This document shows positions 19,323-29,416 of a stretch of DNA of 64,000 nucleotides, piece by piece (position 1 is the first letter of the stretch; the number at the start of each line of letters is the position of its first letter). The translations under genes and the position numbers were made by a program. The stretch covers positions 160,001 to 224,000 of the forward strand of contig CAWBWI010000003.1 in the NCBI GenBank assembly GCA_963792585.1, written 5' to 3'. Below the pieces are notes generated by a model that made no database searches, was not told where the DNA came from, and saw nothing but the letters and a program-made list of their open reading frames with translations. Origin of the DNA: Candidatus Eiseniibacteriota bacterium. GTDB taxonomy: Bacteria > Eisenbacteria > RBG-16-71-46 > CAIMUX01 > VGJL01.

Positions 19323-22300
19323 CTATTTCAGCAGGGTCACTTGCCGGACCTGCATGACCTCCGGGGTCTCCATCCTGACAAAGTAAATCCCTGAAGGGAG
19401 CGGATTTCCGGCGGCGTCGAGACCGTCGAAGTCCACCGTGTGCTCCCCTGGCGTGATGACGCCGTCGACGATGCTACGGACCATCCGTCCGGCGACGTCG
19501 TGGACGGCGATCGTCCCATGGGTCCGCTTGTCGGCCCGGTAGGTGACCGCCGTCCTCGGGTTGAACGGATTGGGTCTGCAGGAGACGAGGCCGACGGCAA
19601 GGCCGCTCGCGCCTTCCGGCGCGCCGGCGGCCGGGGTCTTCACCACCGCGAGTTGGAAGTCGTCCACCGCCGCTTCCAGCAGCGAGTTCGCACTTGCATC
19701 GCTCGCAACGAAGCGGAAGCGGATCTGGTTGGTGAACGGAACGAAGTCGCCGATGTTGAACGAATACTGGCCCCAGCTGTTCGCGCTCCCCGTCGTGTGC
19801 TCGAGGTGTACCCAGGTCGTCCCGTCCGAGGTGACGTCGACGTCCCAGAAATCCTCGTTCGGATTATTGCCGAGGTTGTTCGTGTACCAACGCCAGTAGC
19901 TCACCGTCGCGGACACGGCTCCCTGGAGAGAAAAGACCGGGGACAGGAGCGTGGTCTTCCCGCCGTCGACATCCTGCTCGCCGGCGGCGCCGCCGACGGC
20001 GCCGTTACCTGTGACCCAGCAGACCAGGCCCGGGTCGGCGGTGTGGTCGTACTCCGGCTGGCACTGCGAGCCGTTGTACGTGGTGCCGACCGGCTCGGCG
20101 CGCACCCAGAGACCGGACGCGGCGTTGTCGTCCGCCGCCCCACAGACCCATCCCCGGTCCTGCTCCGCATCATCGAGAAACGCGCCGACGGAAAGGTCGA
20201 AATCGAGACCGACGGCGTACTCCGCAGGATCGTGCGCAGCGAGGTGGAAAGGAATCGTCGCCGGACTCGGACAGGTCGGTGCGAGCGTCACCTGGAACGC
20301 GCTCATGAGGCCCGTGCCGCCGACGGGAACGCCGAGGCAGGTCCCTTGGCCGTCCGGGATCGTGACCGAAGGGTGGGTCGACGTCAGGGTCCCGGTCAAG
20401 GTGCGCGTCCCCGAATGGCCGCTGTTCGCGAGCCAGAGCTGGAGGTAGAAGGTCTCGCCGGGGTCCGCCACACCGTTGCCGTTTCCTCCCGGCGCCGAGT
20501 CGTCGATCAAGACCGGACCCGCCGCGAGGACCGGCGCCTGGATGGTGACACTGAACTCGCCGCCCCAGAGTCCTTCGTTGGAGTGCACGCCGTAGCTGAA
20601 GGTCGCGACGTGCTGGTCGGGCGTCAGGCTACTGAATACGGCGCCCCACGAGGAACTTGTCTCGCGGGCTCCGCCCGGCGGGACGTCCGGAATCGCCGGC
20701 TCGTTCAGAGTCATCGCGACAACGTACGCGTCCTCGGATCCGAGGACCGCCGAAACGCCCGTGGCGGTATCGACGCCGATGTTCCGCACGGTCAGATACA
20801 TGGCCACGTCTTCGCCCGCGTCCGCCTGGCCGTCATCGTCCCACCACTCGTCCCGGATCCGGTCCGATTCATAGACGAGGTATGGACCGCTCGGCTGGAT
20901 CACCTGGATCGTCCCGCTGTAGGGCCGCATGTTGTGCGCCGTGATCGTCATCGACATGAGCCCCGGCGTCGCGACCTGGCTCAGGTTCACCGTCGCGTGG
21001 CCGAGCGCATCGGCCCAAGCGACGTCGGCGATGCCGTCCTCCGTCTTGTGGACGAAGATCATGGCATTCGGGAAACCGGGAATCGTCACGTCGAAGCTCG
21101 CCTGGCCCGTGAGGATCGTCGCGGGCACCTGTACATTCGCCGTGATCGGAACCGCAGTCCAGATGTCGACCGAAGGATCGCCGAGAAGATTGTACATCTC
21201 GAAGTATCGGCGCGTCATCGAGATATTGCCGAAGTAGTCGTAGTACTTCAGCTTGCCGTAAAGGATCATCCCGCCCAGCCAAGTCCGATCCACCTCATTC
21301 GGGTTTTGATTATCGTAGAATCCTTGATAGACACGCTTCTCGAAGATATCGTCCTCGGTCCAGTACGAGGTGACCGAGGAACCGAAGAACGCCATCGCTC
21401 CGTGCGTCGCGCGGATCCACGTCTCCCCGAAACACTCGCTGCCATACGCGAAGTTTCCCGTGAGACAAGAGAAGCTCGTGACAAACGGATAGACCGTGTT
21501 CGTCAGGTTGCGCACATCCGTCTGGTAGAAGACCGGTCCATCGGCCCAGTATGTTTCGGCGCCGTGTCCCGAATAGGTCCCCTGCGAGCGGCCGGCGTTG
21601 AAGGCATCGCGCACCTGCTGGGTCGTCGCGCCGTATGTATGGACATAGAGCTTGTCGCTCGTGTAGCCGAGCGGCTGAAGATAGGTCGAGATGACGTAGT
21701 TGTGGGTTCCCTCGGAGACCGTGTAGTTGTCGCTCGACGCCATGAAGGTGGCGTGCTTCTCCCAGTCATCGTTGCCGGTCCAGCCGACCTGCTCGAAGTT
21801 CGTGATCTTCGCAATGATATTGTGGAGATCGGTCGGATTCGTCGCCGAAATGCGGCCGACCTGGACGTCCGGAAGATAGTCACTCCCCGCGAGCATCGCA
21901 TAGTTCAGGTCGGTCGGCGGATTATCCGCGCCGATCCCAATCCAATGGGGGATGTCGGGCGAGTCTCCGACGAAGAGGACGAACGTCGGCGGCACGGTCC
22001 AGGTATTGTAGGCGTTTTGAATATAGGCCTTGATCTGATCTCTTGTCGGACCCGTGTCGGTGGTCGTCGCGACCGTGATGCGGAAACCGCGTTCCCATTT
22101 GGTCGATATGAAGTCCATGAGCGGCAGATCATTGGCGAAGGCCGGAATCGTGATGACGAGGATACCGATCTCCCCGCCCGGCTGATAGCGCTCCTCCCCG
22201 CCGTTGAGCGCCGTCCGCACTACGGCGTCGTCGAACGGCGCCGAGGCATATCGCGTTCGGAGCGCACGCGTCTGCGCAGGGTCCGCACCGGCGAGGTCGA

Positions 22301-22856
22301 TACGCACCGTGGCGCTTTCGAGCACCCGGAGTCTTCCGGCGACCGGGTCATAGGCCACGGGATTCAGCACGAGTTGGCCCAATCGGTGCCCACGTAGAAA
22401 GCCGGCTTCCTCGACGGCCGTGACCGGAGCGTTCCCATAGCCGGTCCGCGTATAAGCGTCGGCATCATAGGCGAATGCCGGCTGAGTACCCGATTTGGGT
22501 CGCGAGGGCTGAAGGGGCAGGATCGGAGATTCGATCGACTGCTCTGTCCACACCTCGTTCTCGATCGAGACGGTCCAAGTAGCGCCGAGAGGCAACTCGA
22601 TCAGGTTCCGAAGCACCGGAAGCCGGGGCGCCCCGATCGTCGTCGTGAACCCCTGGTCGGCAATCTCGACTGACGTGAACATGCCTCGATCCGTCGTCAC
22701 CGGTTGCAGCGAGAGTCCCGGTAGTTCCGCCCGGACGACGATGCCGGTAGCATCCGAACGCAGCAACTCGAACGGTTGCGGCGCGGCAAGCAGTGGCGTG
22801 GCATGCAGGGCCAGGCCGATGAGAACAGCGAAGACCATTCTGGAAATGCGGATCAT
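19323..22856 (-). CDS. Secreted C25 (gingipain-like) cysteine peptidase with propeptide, accessory beta-domains and FlgD-Ig/T9SS-like tail
   Basis: Signal peptide; propeptide (GAPRLPV); FVLFVGD, VGRIS, catalytic YSGHG and SFSCLTGNF, YNLLGDP; C-terminal CRPNPFNP...SGIYFVRM...QVTLLK. Confidence 0.9.
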   Translation of the reverse strand: MIRISRMVFAVLIGLALHATPLLAAPQPFELLRSDATGIVVRAELPGLSLQPVTTDRGMFTSVEIADQGFTTTIGAPRLPVLRNLIELPLGATWTVSIENEVWTEQSIESPILPLQPSRPKSGTQPAFAYDADAYTRTGYGNAPVTAVEEAGFLRGHRLGQLVLNPVAYDPVAGRLRVLESATVRIDLAGADPAQTRALRTRYASAPFDDAVVRTALNGGEERYQPGGEIGILVITIPAFANDLPLMDFISTKWERGFRITVATTTDTGPTRDQIKAYIQNAYNTWTVPPTFVLFVGDSPDIPHWIGIGADNPPTDLNYAMLAGSDYLPDVQVGRISATNPTDLHNIIAKITNFEQVGWTGNDDWEKHATFMASSDNYTVSEGTHNYVISTYLQPLGYTSDKLYVHTYGATTQQVRDAFNAGRSQGTYSGHGAETYWADGPVFYQTDVRNLTNTVYPFVTSFSCLTGNFAYGSECFGETWIRATHGAMAFFGSSVTSYWTEDDIFEKRVYQGFYDNQNPNEVDRTWLGGMILYGKLKYYDYFGNISMTRRYFEMYNLLGDPSVDIWTAVPITANVQVPATILTGQASFDVTIPGFPNAMIFVHKTEDGIADVAWADALGHATVNLSQVATPGLMSMTITAHNMRPYSGTIQVIQPSGPYLVYESDRIRDEWWDDDGQADAGEDVAMYLTVRNIGVDTATGVSAVLGSEDAYVVAMTLNEPAIPDVPPGGARETSSSWGAVFSSLTPDQHVATFSYGVHSNEGLWGGEFSVTIQAPVLAAGPVLIDDSAPGGNGNGVADPGETFYLQLWLANSGHSGTRTLTGTLTSTHPSVTIPDGQGTCLGVPVGGTGLMSAFQVTLAPTCPSPATIPFHLAAHDPAEYAVGLDFDLSVGAFLDDAEQDRGWVCGAADDNAASGLWVRAEPVGTTYNGSQCQPEYDHTADPGLVCWVTGNGAVGGAAGEQDVDGGKTTLLSPVFSLQGAVSATVSYWRWYTNNLGNNPNEDFWDVDVTSDGTTWVHLEHTTGSANSWGQYSFNIGDFVPFTNQIRFRFVASDASANSLLEAAVDDFQLAVVKTPAAGAPEGASGLAVGLVSCRPNPFNPRTAVTYRADKRTHGTIAVHDVAGRMVRSIVDGVITPGEHTVDFDGLDAAGNPLPSGIYFVRMETPEVMQVRQVTLLK

Positions 22857-22988
22857 CTGTCCCTCCGTCGATGGGCGACCGCGGACGCATTCGTGAGGGC
22901 TCGCCGGCATCGGCGAGTGGCTCAGCCGAAGAAACCAGGTTAATTGTACAGGAGGGCTGGTGGAGACGGGGTGGAATTGACTGCGCGC

Positions 22989-23014
22989 GGAATTGAGAGC
23001 GCCATCTCAATTCC
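22989..23014. promoter_or_regulatory. Perfect 10-bp inverted repeat (operator or terminator hairpin)
   Basis: GGAATTGAGA-gcgcca-TCTCAATTCC between the original 3' end of the M20 gene and the C25 gene start. Confidence 0.4.
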
Positions 23015-23070
23015 TGATTCGCAGCATGAGAGATTCTGCGGTTCTGTTCGATACCTGCGTCTACTTCTTC

Positions 23071-24442
23071 GGTTGTGGTGCGGAGATTGGTGGATGCAGT
23101 TGACGAAGCAACGGCCACCCCTTCGGCTCTTGCGGAAACGACCGTGACAGGAAGTTGAGCGGAGAGTGGTCCGGCTTCGCCCGTGCCGAACCACTCCAGT
23201 TCTTCTCAGAATGCATACTTGAGCTGGTGTCCCCTTTGACTTGGACCCAGCGCCACCGTTCGGACCCGCCTCCAGTAGTAGGACCACCAGGGCCCGGGTA
23301 GGACTTCTTTCCTGGGGAATGACCGATCCGCAAAGACCTCTGCCCACCTCAAAGGCCTCGATAGGATCCCAACGGCCATGGCAGCGGTCTCCCCCGGTGC
23401 CTTCTCTCTCCGGCTCTTGATGGCATTGCGCCACACCGTGAAAATCGCCAGCCGCTCGATCGCCGCCTGCCGCCGCTTGCTGAATGCGATGGTCTCCCGG
23501 CGGTGGTTGGCCTGACCATGTCGAAGGAGCAGGTCGGTCAGGTTGACGGGGAAGAGCGGATTGCGCGTGGTTCGACGCTCGGTCGACGGAGTGATCTGAT
23601 GCCGCACTTGTGGGAACTCCGGAAGTCTGCGGAGGCGAAGGAGCGCGCGGCGATAGGCGGGATGGTCATCGCTGTGGATGAGTTGCTCCCGGTCGCTCCT
23701 CGAGGATGGATCCTCCAGAACGGACCGGAGTAGGTCGAAGACGCCTTTCTCGACCGCCTTGGGATCGGGGCGGCCCAGTTGGGCTTCCAGATGCTCCCTG
23801 CGAAGCCGTTGCTCGGGTCTCATGGTCCCCTTGCGTCGCAAAGGGCTGTCGGTGAAGTGGAAGATGAACCAACTCCGGGCATCGACGGCGAGGTTGATGT
23901 GAAAGGGAAAGTACTGGGAGAACTCGAAGGACTCGAATCCGTCGATGACGATGGGCTCTGCGGTCCGGTACTCGACCAGCATCTGACGGTGGAAGAGCAT
24001 GCAGTGACGGCCGGCACGGGCGATGTGGCGCAGGACGGTCGTGTGGGAGACGCCGAGGAGACGCGCGATCTGACGGAGACCGGGTCCTTCGGCAGAAAGT
24101 CGGGCGATGTCGCAGAAGAGACTCCTGTGTTTGAGCCAGTAGTCAGCGGCGAAGGTTCGAGACGAGAATCGGCGGCCGCAATGGGGGCATCGGAAGCGTT
24201 GGAAGAGGCGCCCGTCGGAAGGCCGACGGAAGAAACCGTCGTAGGCCGGGCGCCAATCGGGACGGGGTGTGTAGAAATTGCAGGCGGAGTTGGGGCAATG
24301 GGGCGGGCGGCAGGTCCCATGGACCTGGTGGAGGGATGTACGTCGTCTGGACACGAGGCGAAGGAGAGGCCAAGGGCGTGCCACACCACGGAGCACCGCC
24401 CTGCCCGCAGTGCGTCCAAACACCAATCTAAGAACCACAACC
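23071..24442 (-). mobile_element. IS1-family-like insertion sequence, 1372 bp, with TIRs and a 9-bp target-site duplication
   Basis: Left end GGTTGTGGTGCGGAGATTGGTG (23071-23092) matches the reverse complement of the right end GGTTGTGGTTCTTAGATTGGTG (24421-24442) at 19/22. Flanking direct repeats TACTTCTTC at 23062-23070 and 24443-24451. Single internal transposase. Confidence 0.92.
23206..24384 (-). CDS. IS1-family-like transposase (zinc ribbon + HTH + DD[E/N] domain)
   Basis: CPNSAC...QRFRCPHCGRRFS zinc ribbon; LRQIARLLGVSHTTVLR HTH; IVIDGFE, IHSDDH, LRH...RRETIAFSKR. Start uncertain (GTG 24384 or 24354, or ATG 24320 with a 1-nt indel). Confidence 0.85.
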   Translation of the reverse strand: MARPWPLLRLVSRRRTSLHQVHGTCRPPHCPNSACNFYTPRPDWRPAYDGFFRRPSDGRLFQRFRCPHCGRRFSSRTFAADYWLKHRSLFCDIARLSAEGPGLRQIARLLGVSHTTVLRHIARAGRHCMLFHRQMLVEYRTAEPIVIDGFESFEFSQYFPFHINLAVDARSWFIFHFTDSPLRRKGTMRPEQRLRREHLEAQLGRPDPKAVEKGVFDLLRSVLEDPSSRSDREQLIHSDDHPAYRRALLRLRRLPEFPQVRHQITPSTERRTTRNPLFPVNLTDLLLRHGQANHRRETIAFSKRRQAAIERLAIFTVWRNAIKSRREKAPGETAAMAVGILSRPLRWAEVFADRSFPRKEVLPGPWWSYYWRRVRTVALGPSQRGHQLKYAF

Positions 24443-25840
24443 TACTTCTTCAGCGCAACAAGCTCCTCGTAGAGATGGATCGTCGACCGGACAGCCTTCC
24501 GCCAGTCTCTGAGGCTGAGACTCTCGTTCTCGCCATGTGCCTGAGAGATCGGATCTTCCACCCCGATCAGAAGACACGGTAGACCGTGGAAGAGATCTTC
24601 GAAGGTCTTGACGAACGGTATCGAACCGCCAGTTCCAATCAGCGCGGGCGCGCGCTCATAGCCGGCCTGCAGCGCGCGAAGGGCCGCCTCGTATGCCGGC
24701 CCGGTCGGGTCGGTCGACCACCAGATTCCCGTTCCGAGAGGCCGCGTGCGGACTTGCACGCCCCAGGGAGGATCCCGATGCAGGGCGGCGATCAGCGCGT
24801 CGCGCACCGCGATCGGATCCTGATCGGGGACGATGCGGATCGTCACGCGAGCGCGCGCCGCGTCGATGATCTGGTTGGACAAGCCCGCGATCGGGCTTGC
24901 CTCCATCGCGATCACCGTCAGGCTGGGTCGCGTCCACAGCCGCTCCCATACCGAGAACTCCGGCTCGCCCGCGAACCGCACCCCGGGCAACATCCCAGCC
25001 TGTTCCGCAAACTCGGCCGCGTCGAAGGGAAGTTCCTGAAATTCGCTTCTTTACCGATGGCGCGGGTTCACGGATCCCCGCGCGGACGTCGGGATCCGCC
25101 GGCACGCCGTTTTCGTCGACGAGCCTCGTGAGAATCTTACACAAGGCCATCACGGGATCAGGTACCGGCCCTCCCCATTGTCCGCTGTGGACCCGTCCTT
25201 TCAGCGCAGCCACTTCCACATCCACCGCGACGAGGCCGCGTAGCTGGAACGTGAGAGACGGAAGACCCTCTTCGTGGTTTCCCGTATCGGTGATGACGAG
25301 CACGTCGGTGGCCAACATGTCGAGGTTTTCGCGGAGGAACTCTCCGAGATGGTCGGAGCCGATCTCCTCCTCCCCCTCGATCAGCACCTTCACATTGAGC
25401 GGAAGCGATCCCGTCGTCTTCAGATACGACTCGATCGAGGAAACGATCATCATCGCACCGGCTTTGTCGTCCGCGATGCCACGCGCATACAGCCGGCCGT
25501 TGGATCGAAGGGTTGGTTCGAAGGGCGGGCTCTCCCAGACCTCCGCGCGGCCGGGAGGCTGAACGTCGTGGTGCGCATATAGGAGGACGGTCGGCGCTCC
25601 CGGAGCGTGAAGCCAATCCCCGTAGACATATGGATGGCTCCCGCGATGGACGATCGTGCGGACGTTTTCCAGCCCCGCACGCTCCAACTCCGTCGCGACA
25701 GCATCCGCGCAGCGGGCGACTTCCTCGCGGGGGAACCCCTCCTGACTCACGCTCGGGATCTTCGCGATCGCTTTGAGACGTTCGACGTAGCTGTCGAACC
25801 TGTCTTCGAAGTAGGCGAGCGCCTTCTGTTTGCGGTCCAT
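24442..25840 (-). CDS. M20/M25/M40 family metallopeptidase (dipeptidase), frameshifted near 25040
   Basis: YAHHDVQP, ARGIADDK, EGEEEIGS, HSG, GGSIP, HGENE. Removing one T from CGA-ATT-TCA restores RIQELPFDAAEFAEQAGMLPG. Confidence 0.88.
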
Positions 25841-25970
25841 ATCCCCTCCCGTCGTTGGCCGACCGATCGGGAGTGTACGCGATTCGGGGAAGGCGTCCTA
25901 TGGGCAGTTCCCCCATCGTGGGGTCATCCGGGATCGCGGGCAACGACGGGGCGTGAACGGCGAGGTTCGG

Positions 25971-26627
25971 CTACGCGAGGATCTCGTCGTGGAGCGAAGA
26001 GATGATGAGCAGGAGACAACCGTCCTCGGTCGATTGCACGTCGTGGACGCTGTCGCGTTCCACGCGCTGGTAGTCTCCCGCCCGCATCACGAGATCGTCG
26101 CCCACCCGAAGCACTCCTTGGAGGACGAAGCACTCCTCCGCGTCGGCGTGCCGGTGCCGGGGATAGCTGGAGCCGGCCTCCATGCGGATCAGCATCGTGA
26201 CCGTCTGCCGTGCGGTGTCCACGAACAGCCGGCGAACGGCAACACCATCCGTTGCCGTCCGTTCCCAATCTTCTTCGCCTCCGCGCATGACGACGTTGCC
26301 CGCGTCGGTTCCGCCCCCGCCCCACCTCTTCCAGACCTGCAATTCCTCGACCGGGGCCGCGGAACGCGCTTCGGCCCTCGATCCGATCGATTCCAGCACC
26401 CGCACCCGCAATGAGGGAGGAGGCGAAGCGGGGGCCGCCAAGACGCCGAGCTGCGCGGCCGACGCGAGGAACGCATCGACCTCGGACCTGCAGACCGCGC
26501 ATCCACCCCGGAGGTGCTCTTCGTAGGCGCGCGCCTCGTCTTCCGGCATCGCCCCGAGCGCATGGAGACAAGCCATCTCACGAATGGCGTCCGTCGGCTG
26601 TTGGTGCATCATTGTTGGGTCTTCCAC
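25971..26627 (-). CDS. Anti-sigma factor: N-terminal HxxxxCxxC zinc motif plus ChrR-like cupin domain
   Basis: YEEHLRGGCAVC; cupin LIRMEAGSSYPRHRHADAEECFVLQG...GDYQ...H; directly downstream of the ECF sigma gene. Confidence 0.85.
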   Translation of the reverse strand: MEDPTMMHQQPTDAIREMACLHALGAMPEDEARAYEEHLRGGCAVCRSEVDAFLASAAQLGVLAAPASPPPSLRVRVLESIGSRAEARSAAPVEELQVWKRWGGGGTDAGNVVMRGGEEDWERTATDGVAVRRLFVDTARQTVTMLIRMEAGSSYPRHRHADAEECFVLQGVLRVGDDLVMRAGDYQRVERDSVHDVQSTEDGCLLLIISSLHDEILA

Positions 26628-26648
26628 TTCTTCGCCCTCGATCTCCGC

Positions 26649-27293
26649 TTACGCGTTACCTTGGAGCATCCCGCCCGGAGTCGTGCCTTCCGGTCCGCGC
26701 GGCGTCTTGCCGTTCCAACCGGCCAGCGTCGCTCGAAGGGTGATCATACCCTGTCGGATCCTGGTCTTCACCGTACCCAACGGTAGGTCCAGCCTCTCGG
26801 CGATCTCGGAATGGCTCAACCCCTGGAAGTAGGCGATCGAGATCACCTCTTGTTGTTCCGGAGAGAGCTTCATGAGCGCGGCCCGAACCACCCTCCGTCG
26901 ATCCGATAGCGCCAGGTCCTCATCCGGCCCGCCGGCTTCCGAGGCCAACGATCTCGCCGCCTCGAGCGGTGCGTGCAGTTTCCGGCGCGCCATCCCTGCC
27001 GATCGGAGCCGATCGATGGCCCGGCTCCGCGTGAGGGTGAACAACCACGAGAAGACATCTCCCCGCGCTTCCTGGTACCGATCCGCCTGCCGCCAGACCT
27101 GTAGGTACACATCGTGGGACACTTCCTCGGCCGCACCCGGATCCTTGATGATTCGAAGGGCTAGGCCGTACACGAACCGGCTGGACTCGTCGTACAACTC
27201 GGCAAGCGCCCCTTGCTCACCTGACGCAATGCGCCTGATCAGATCTCCCGACGCATGCTTGGACGCGTGAGGGTTGGGTTGTGTCGTACTCAC
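26649..27293 (-). CDS. ECF sigma-70 factor (SigK/RpoE-like)
   Basis: ALAELYD, AEEVSHDVYLQVWRQA, WLFTLTRSRAIDRLR, YFQGLSHSEIAERLDLPLGTVKTRIR; GTG start behind a GGAG RBS. Confidence 0.93.
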   Translation of the reverse strand: MSTTQPNPHASKHASGDLIRRIASGEQGALAELYDESSRFVYGLALRIIKDPGAAEEVSHDVYLQVWRQADRYQEARGDVFSWLFTLTRSRAIDRLRSAGMARRKLHAPLEAARSLASEAGGPDEDLALSDRRRVVRAALMKLSPEQQEVISIAYFQGLSHSEIAERLDLPLGTVKTRIRQGMITLRATLAGWNGKTPRGPEGTTPGGMLQGNA

Positions 27294-27319
27294 CAGACTC
27301 CGTCCCTGCATACATCCCA

Positions 27320-27346
27320 TACGAGATGGAAGCCGGCTGCGGATTC
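27320..27346 (-). promoter_or_regulatory. Putative ECF promoter upstream of the sigma gene (autoregulatory)
   Basis: Minus strand GAATCC-N17-CGTA, the same layout as the divergent promoter at 27462. Confidence 0.65.
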
Positions 27347-27461
27347 GCTTCAGATTCCGATTTCCGCCCGTCGAACAAGGCGCCGGTCGGCAGGACAGGA
27401 GATTCTACATCAATCGACGCATCACGACCACTGAATTACCGTACGCGATTCCAAGGTGGGT

Positions 27462-27488
27462 CAATCCGATTCCGGCACTTCCCTCGTA
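27462..27488 (+). promoter_or_regulatory. Putative ECF promoter upstream of the DUF4331 operon
   Basis: CAATCC-N17-CGTA, 78 nt upstream of ATG 27566. Confidence 0.65.
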
Positions 27489-27565
27489 GACGGGGTGAAT
27501 CCGGAGCCGGCCGCCAATCGAGAATCGAAGCTCATGCATGCAAGCAAGTCAGGAAGGAACCCACA

Positions 27566-29329
27566 ATGCGAAACAAGGCAGTGATCATGGGTCTGGCCGT
27601 CGCACTCATGACGGGAATCGGCCTCGCCGACGACGCGCGAGCGTCGAGCCACCGGGAAGCCCCGGGGATCGCGACCCGACCCAATGCGGACAATACGGAC
27701 GTCTATTTCTTCGTAAGCCCGACGAATCCTGATGCCGTGACGATGGTCGGTTGCTTCTGGCCGATGGAGGAACCGGCGGGCGCACCGAACTTCTTCCACT
27801 TCGGGGAGAACATCGACTACGTCTTCCACGTCGACAACGATGGGGACAACCTCGATGACGTCGCCTTCATCTTTCGCTTCCAGAGGCAGTTCACGAACCC
27901 GAACACCGCACTCTACGCGACCGGAGAGATCTCCTCGCTGAACGATCCCGACTGGAACTACAAGCAGACCTACAAGGTGATCCGGGTCGACGACGGCCAG
28001 TACCCGGGCCAGGTGCTCGCCGACGGTCTCATCGTGCCCCCGGTCAACATCGGCCCGCGGACGACGCCGAACTACGAGGATCTCGCCGAGCAGGCCGTCT
28101 ATGCCCTGAACGACGGGACCAAGGTGTTCGCGGGACAGAGAGACGATCCGTTCTTCGTGGACCTCGGGGCGATCTTCGACCTGCTCGCCTTCCGTCAGAT
28201 CCCCGGGAACACGGGCCAAGGCGTTGACGGCGTGGGCGGCTACAACTGCCAGGCGATCGAGCTCGAAGTGCCGATCGCGCTCCTGACGCGGGACGGGTCG
28301 AATCCCGAGAGCCCGGCCGATCCCGCCGCCGTTCTGGGCGTATGGTCCTCGACCTACCTCCGTCAGAACGATTCACCAAGCGTCAATTCGCTCACCCAGG
28401 TGTCGAGGCTCGGAATGCCGCTCGTAAACGAGGTCGTCATTCCGATCGCGCGCAAGGACGTCTGGAACGCCTCCCGGCCTCAGGACGACGGTCAGTTCCT
28501 GAGCTACGTCACGGACCCGGAGCTCGCGCGCCTGATCCAGGCGGTGTATGGAATTCCCGCGCCTCCGACGCCCCGCTGTGATCTCGTGGCGATCTTTCTC
28601 ACGGGCGTGCCGGGATTGAATCAGCCGCCCAATGTGGTCCCCGGCGAGCAGCTCCGGCTCAATGTCGCGATCAAGCCCGACGGCATGCCCGATTCGCGCT
28701 TCGGTCTTCTCGGCGGTGACGTCGACGGCTTCCCCAACGGCCGCCGTCTCGCCGACGACGTGGTCGACATTGCGGAGCGGGTGGTGGAAGGCGTCGCGTA
28801 TCCCTTGCTCTGCGACGCGAACTACGAACCGCACCCGCTGGCGGGACAGCTTGGCGATGGGATCGATCAGAACGACATGCCCTTTCTCGATCACTTCCCG
28901 TATCTCGCCACGCCCCATGAGGGATGGCAGCACGAGCACCACCGGGTCGAGCCGCCCCACGACCCGCAGCGCACCCAGGGGAAACTGTCGCTGAGCCCGA
29001 ACGGCCAGGCGATTCAGGTCGGCGGGCCTTCGGAGACCGAGGGACTCGCAGCGCGCTTCCAGCTCGGCGCTTCCTGGCCGAATCCGGCCAAGGGTCCCAC
29101 GCAAATCGGCTTTCAACTCGACAGGGAATCCCCGGTGACGCTGAAGGTCGTCGATATTTCCGGACGGGTCGTACGGACGGTTGCGTCCGGATCGATGCCA
29201 GCGGGTCCCCACTCCGCCGAGTGGGACGGAACTGACGAGAACGGCAATGCCGTCCCGGCGGGCATCTATCTCTACCGGTTGGAGGCTCCCGGCCAGCGGG
29301 CTGACAGGAAGATCACCGTCCTTCACTAG
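27566..29329 (+). CDS. Secreted DUF4331 family protein with His-rich linker and FlgD-Ig/T9SS-like tail
   Basis: Signal peptide followed by SSHREAP, DNTDVYFF, FAGQRDDPFFVDLG, QVSRLGMPLVNEV, GFPNGRRLADDVVD, FPYL; then HEGWQHEHH; then WPNPAKGPT...WDG...AGIYLYRL. Confidence 0.88.
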   Translation: MRNKAVIMGLAVALMTGIGLADDARASSHREAPGIATRPNADNTDVYFFVSPTNPDAVTMVGCFWPMEEPAGAPNFFHFGENIDYVFHVDNDGDNLDDVAFIFRFQRQFTNPNTALYATGEISSLNDPDWNYKQTYKVIRVDDGQYPGQVLADGLIVPPVNIGPRTTPNYEDLAEQAVYALNDGTKVFAGQRDDPFFVDLGAIFDLLAFRQIPGNTGQGVDGVGGYNCQAIELEVPIALLTRDGSNPESPADPAAVLGVWSSTYLRQNDSPSVNSLTQVSRLGMPLVNEVVIPIARKDVWNASRPQDDGQFLSYVTDPELARLIQAVYGIPAPPTPRCDLVAIFLTGVPGLNQPPNVVPGEQLRLNVAIKPDGMPDSRFGLLGGDVDGFPNGRRLADDVVDIAERVVEGVAYPLLCDANYEPHPLAGQLGDGIDQNDMPFLDHFPYLATPHEGWQHEHHRVEPPHDPQRTQGKLSLSPNGQAIQVGGPSETEGLAARFQLGASWPNPAKGPTQIGFQLDRESPVTLKVVDISGRVVRTVASGSMPAGPHSAEWDGTDENGNAVPAGIYLYRLEAPGQRADRKITVLH

Positions 29330-29416
29330 GGGATCTTCCGCAGCGACGTTCGATCCACCTCGAATGAACGGCCGGGTCGCCAACCGACGACCTGGCCGTT
29401 CCGGAGCCACGACGCG

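Noticed and set aside
19440..22397. 985-aa plus-strand ORF, and similar long antisense ORFs (42038-43567, 33250-34641, 28373-29581, 62056-63315)
   Set aside because: Shadow ORFs opposite well-supported genes, expected at high GC3; no recognisable motifs.
27281..27565. N-terminal extension of the DUF4331 ORF in the track; likewise extensions at 38817, 48890, 54344 and 57760
   Set aside because: These cross promoter regions or neighbouring genes; downstream starts have RBS, signal peptide or family-start support.
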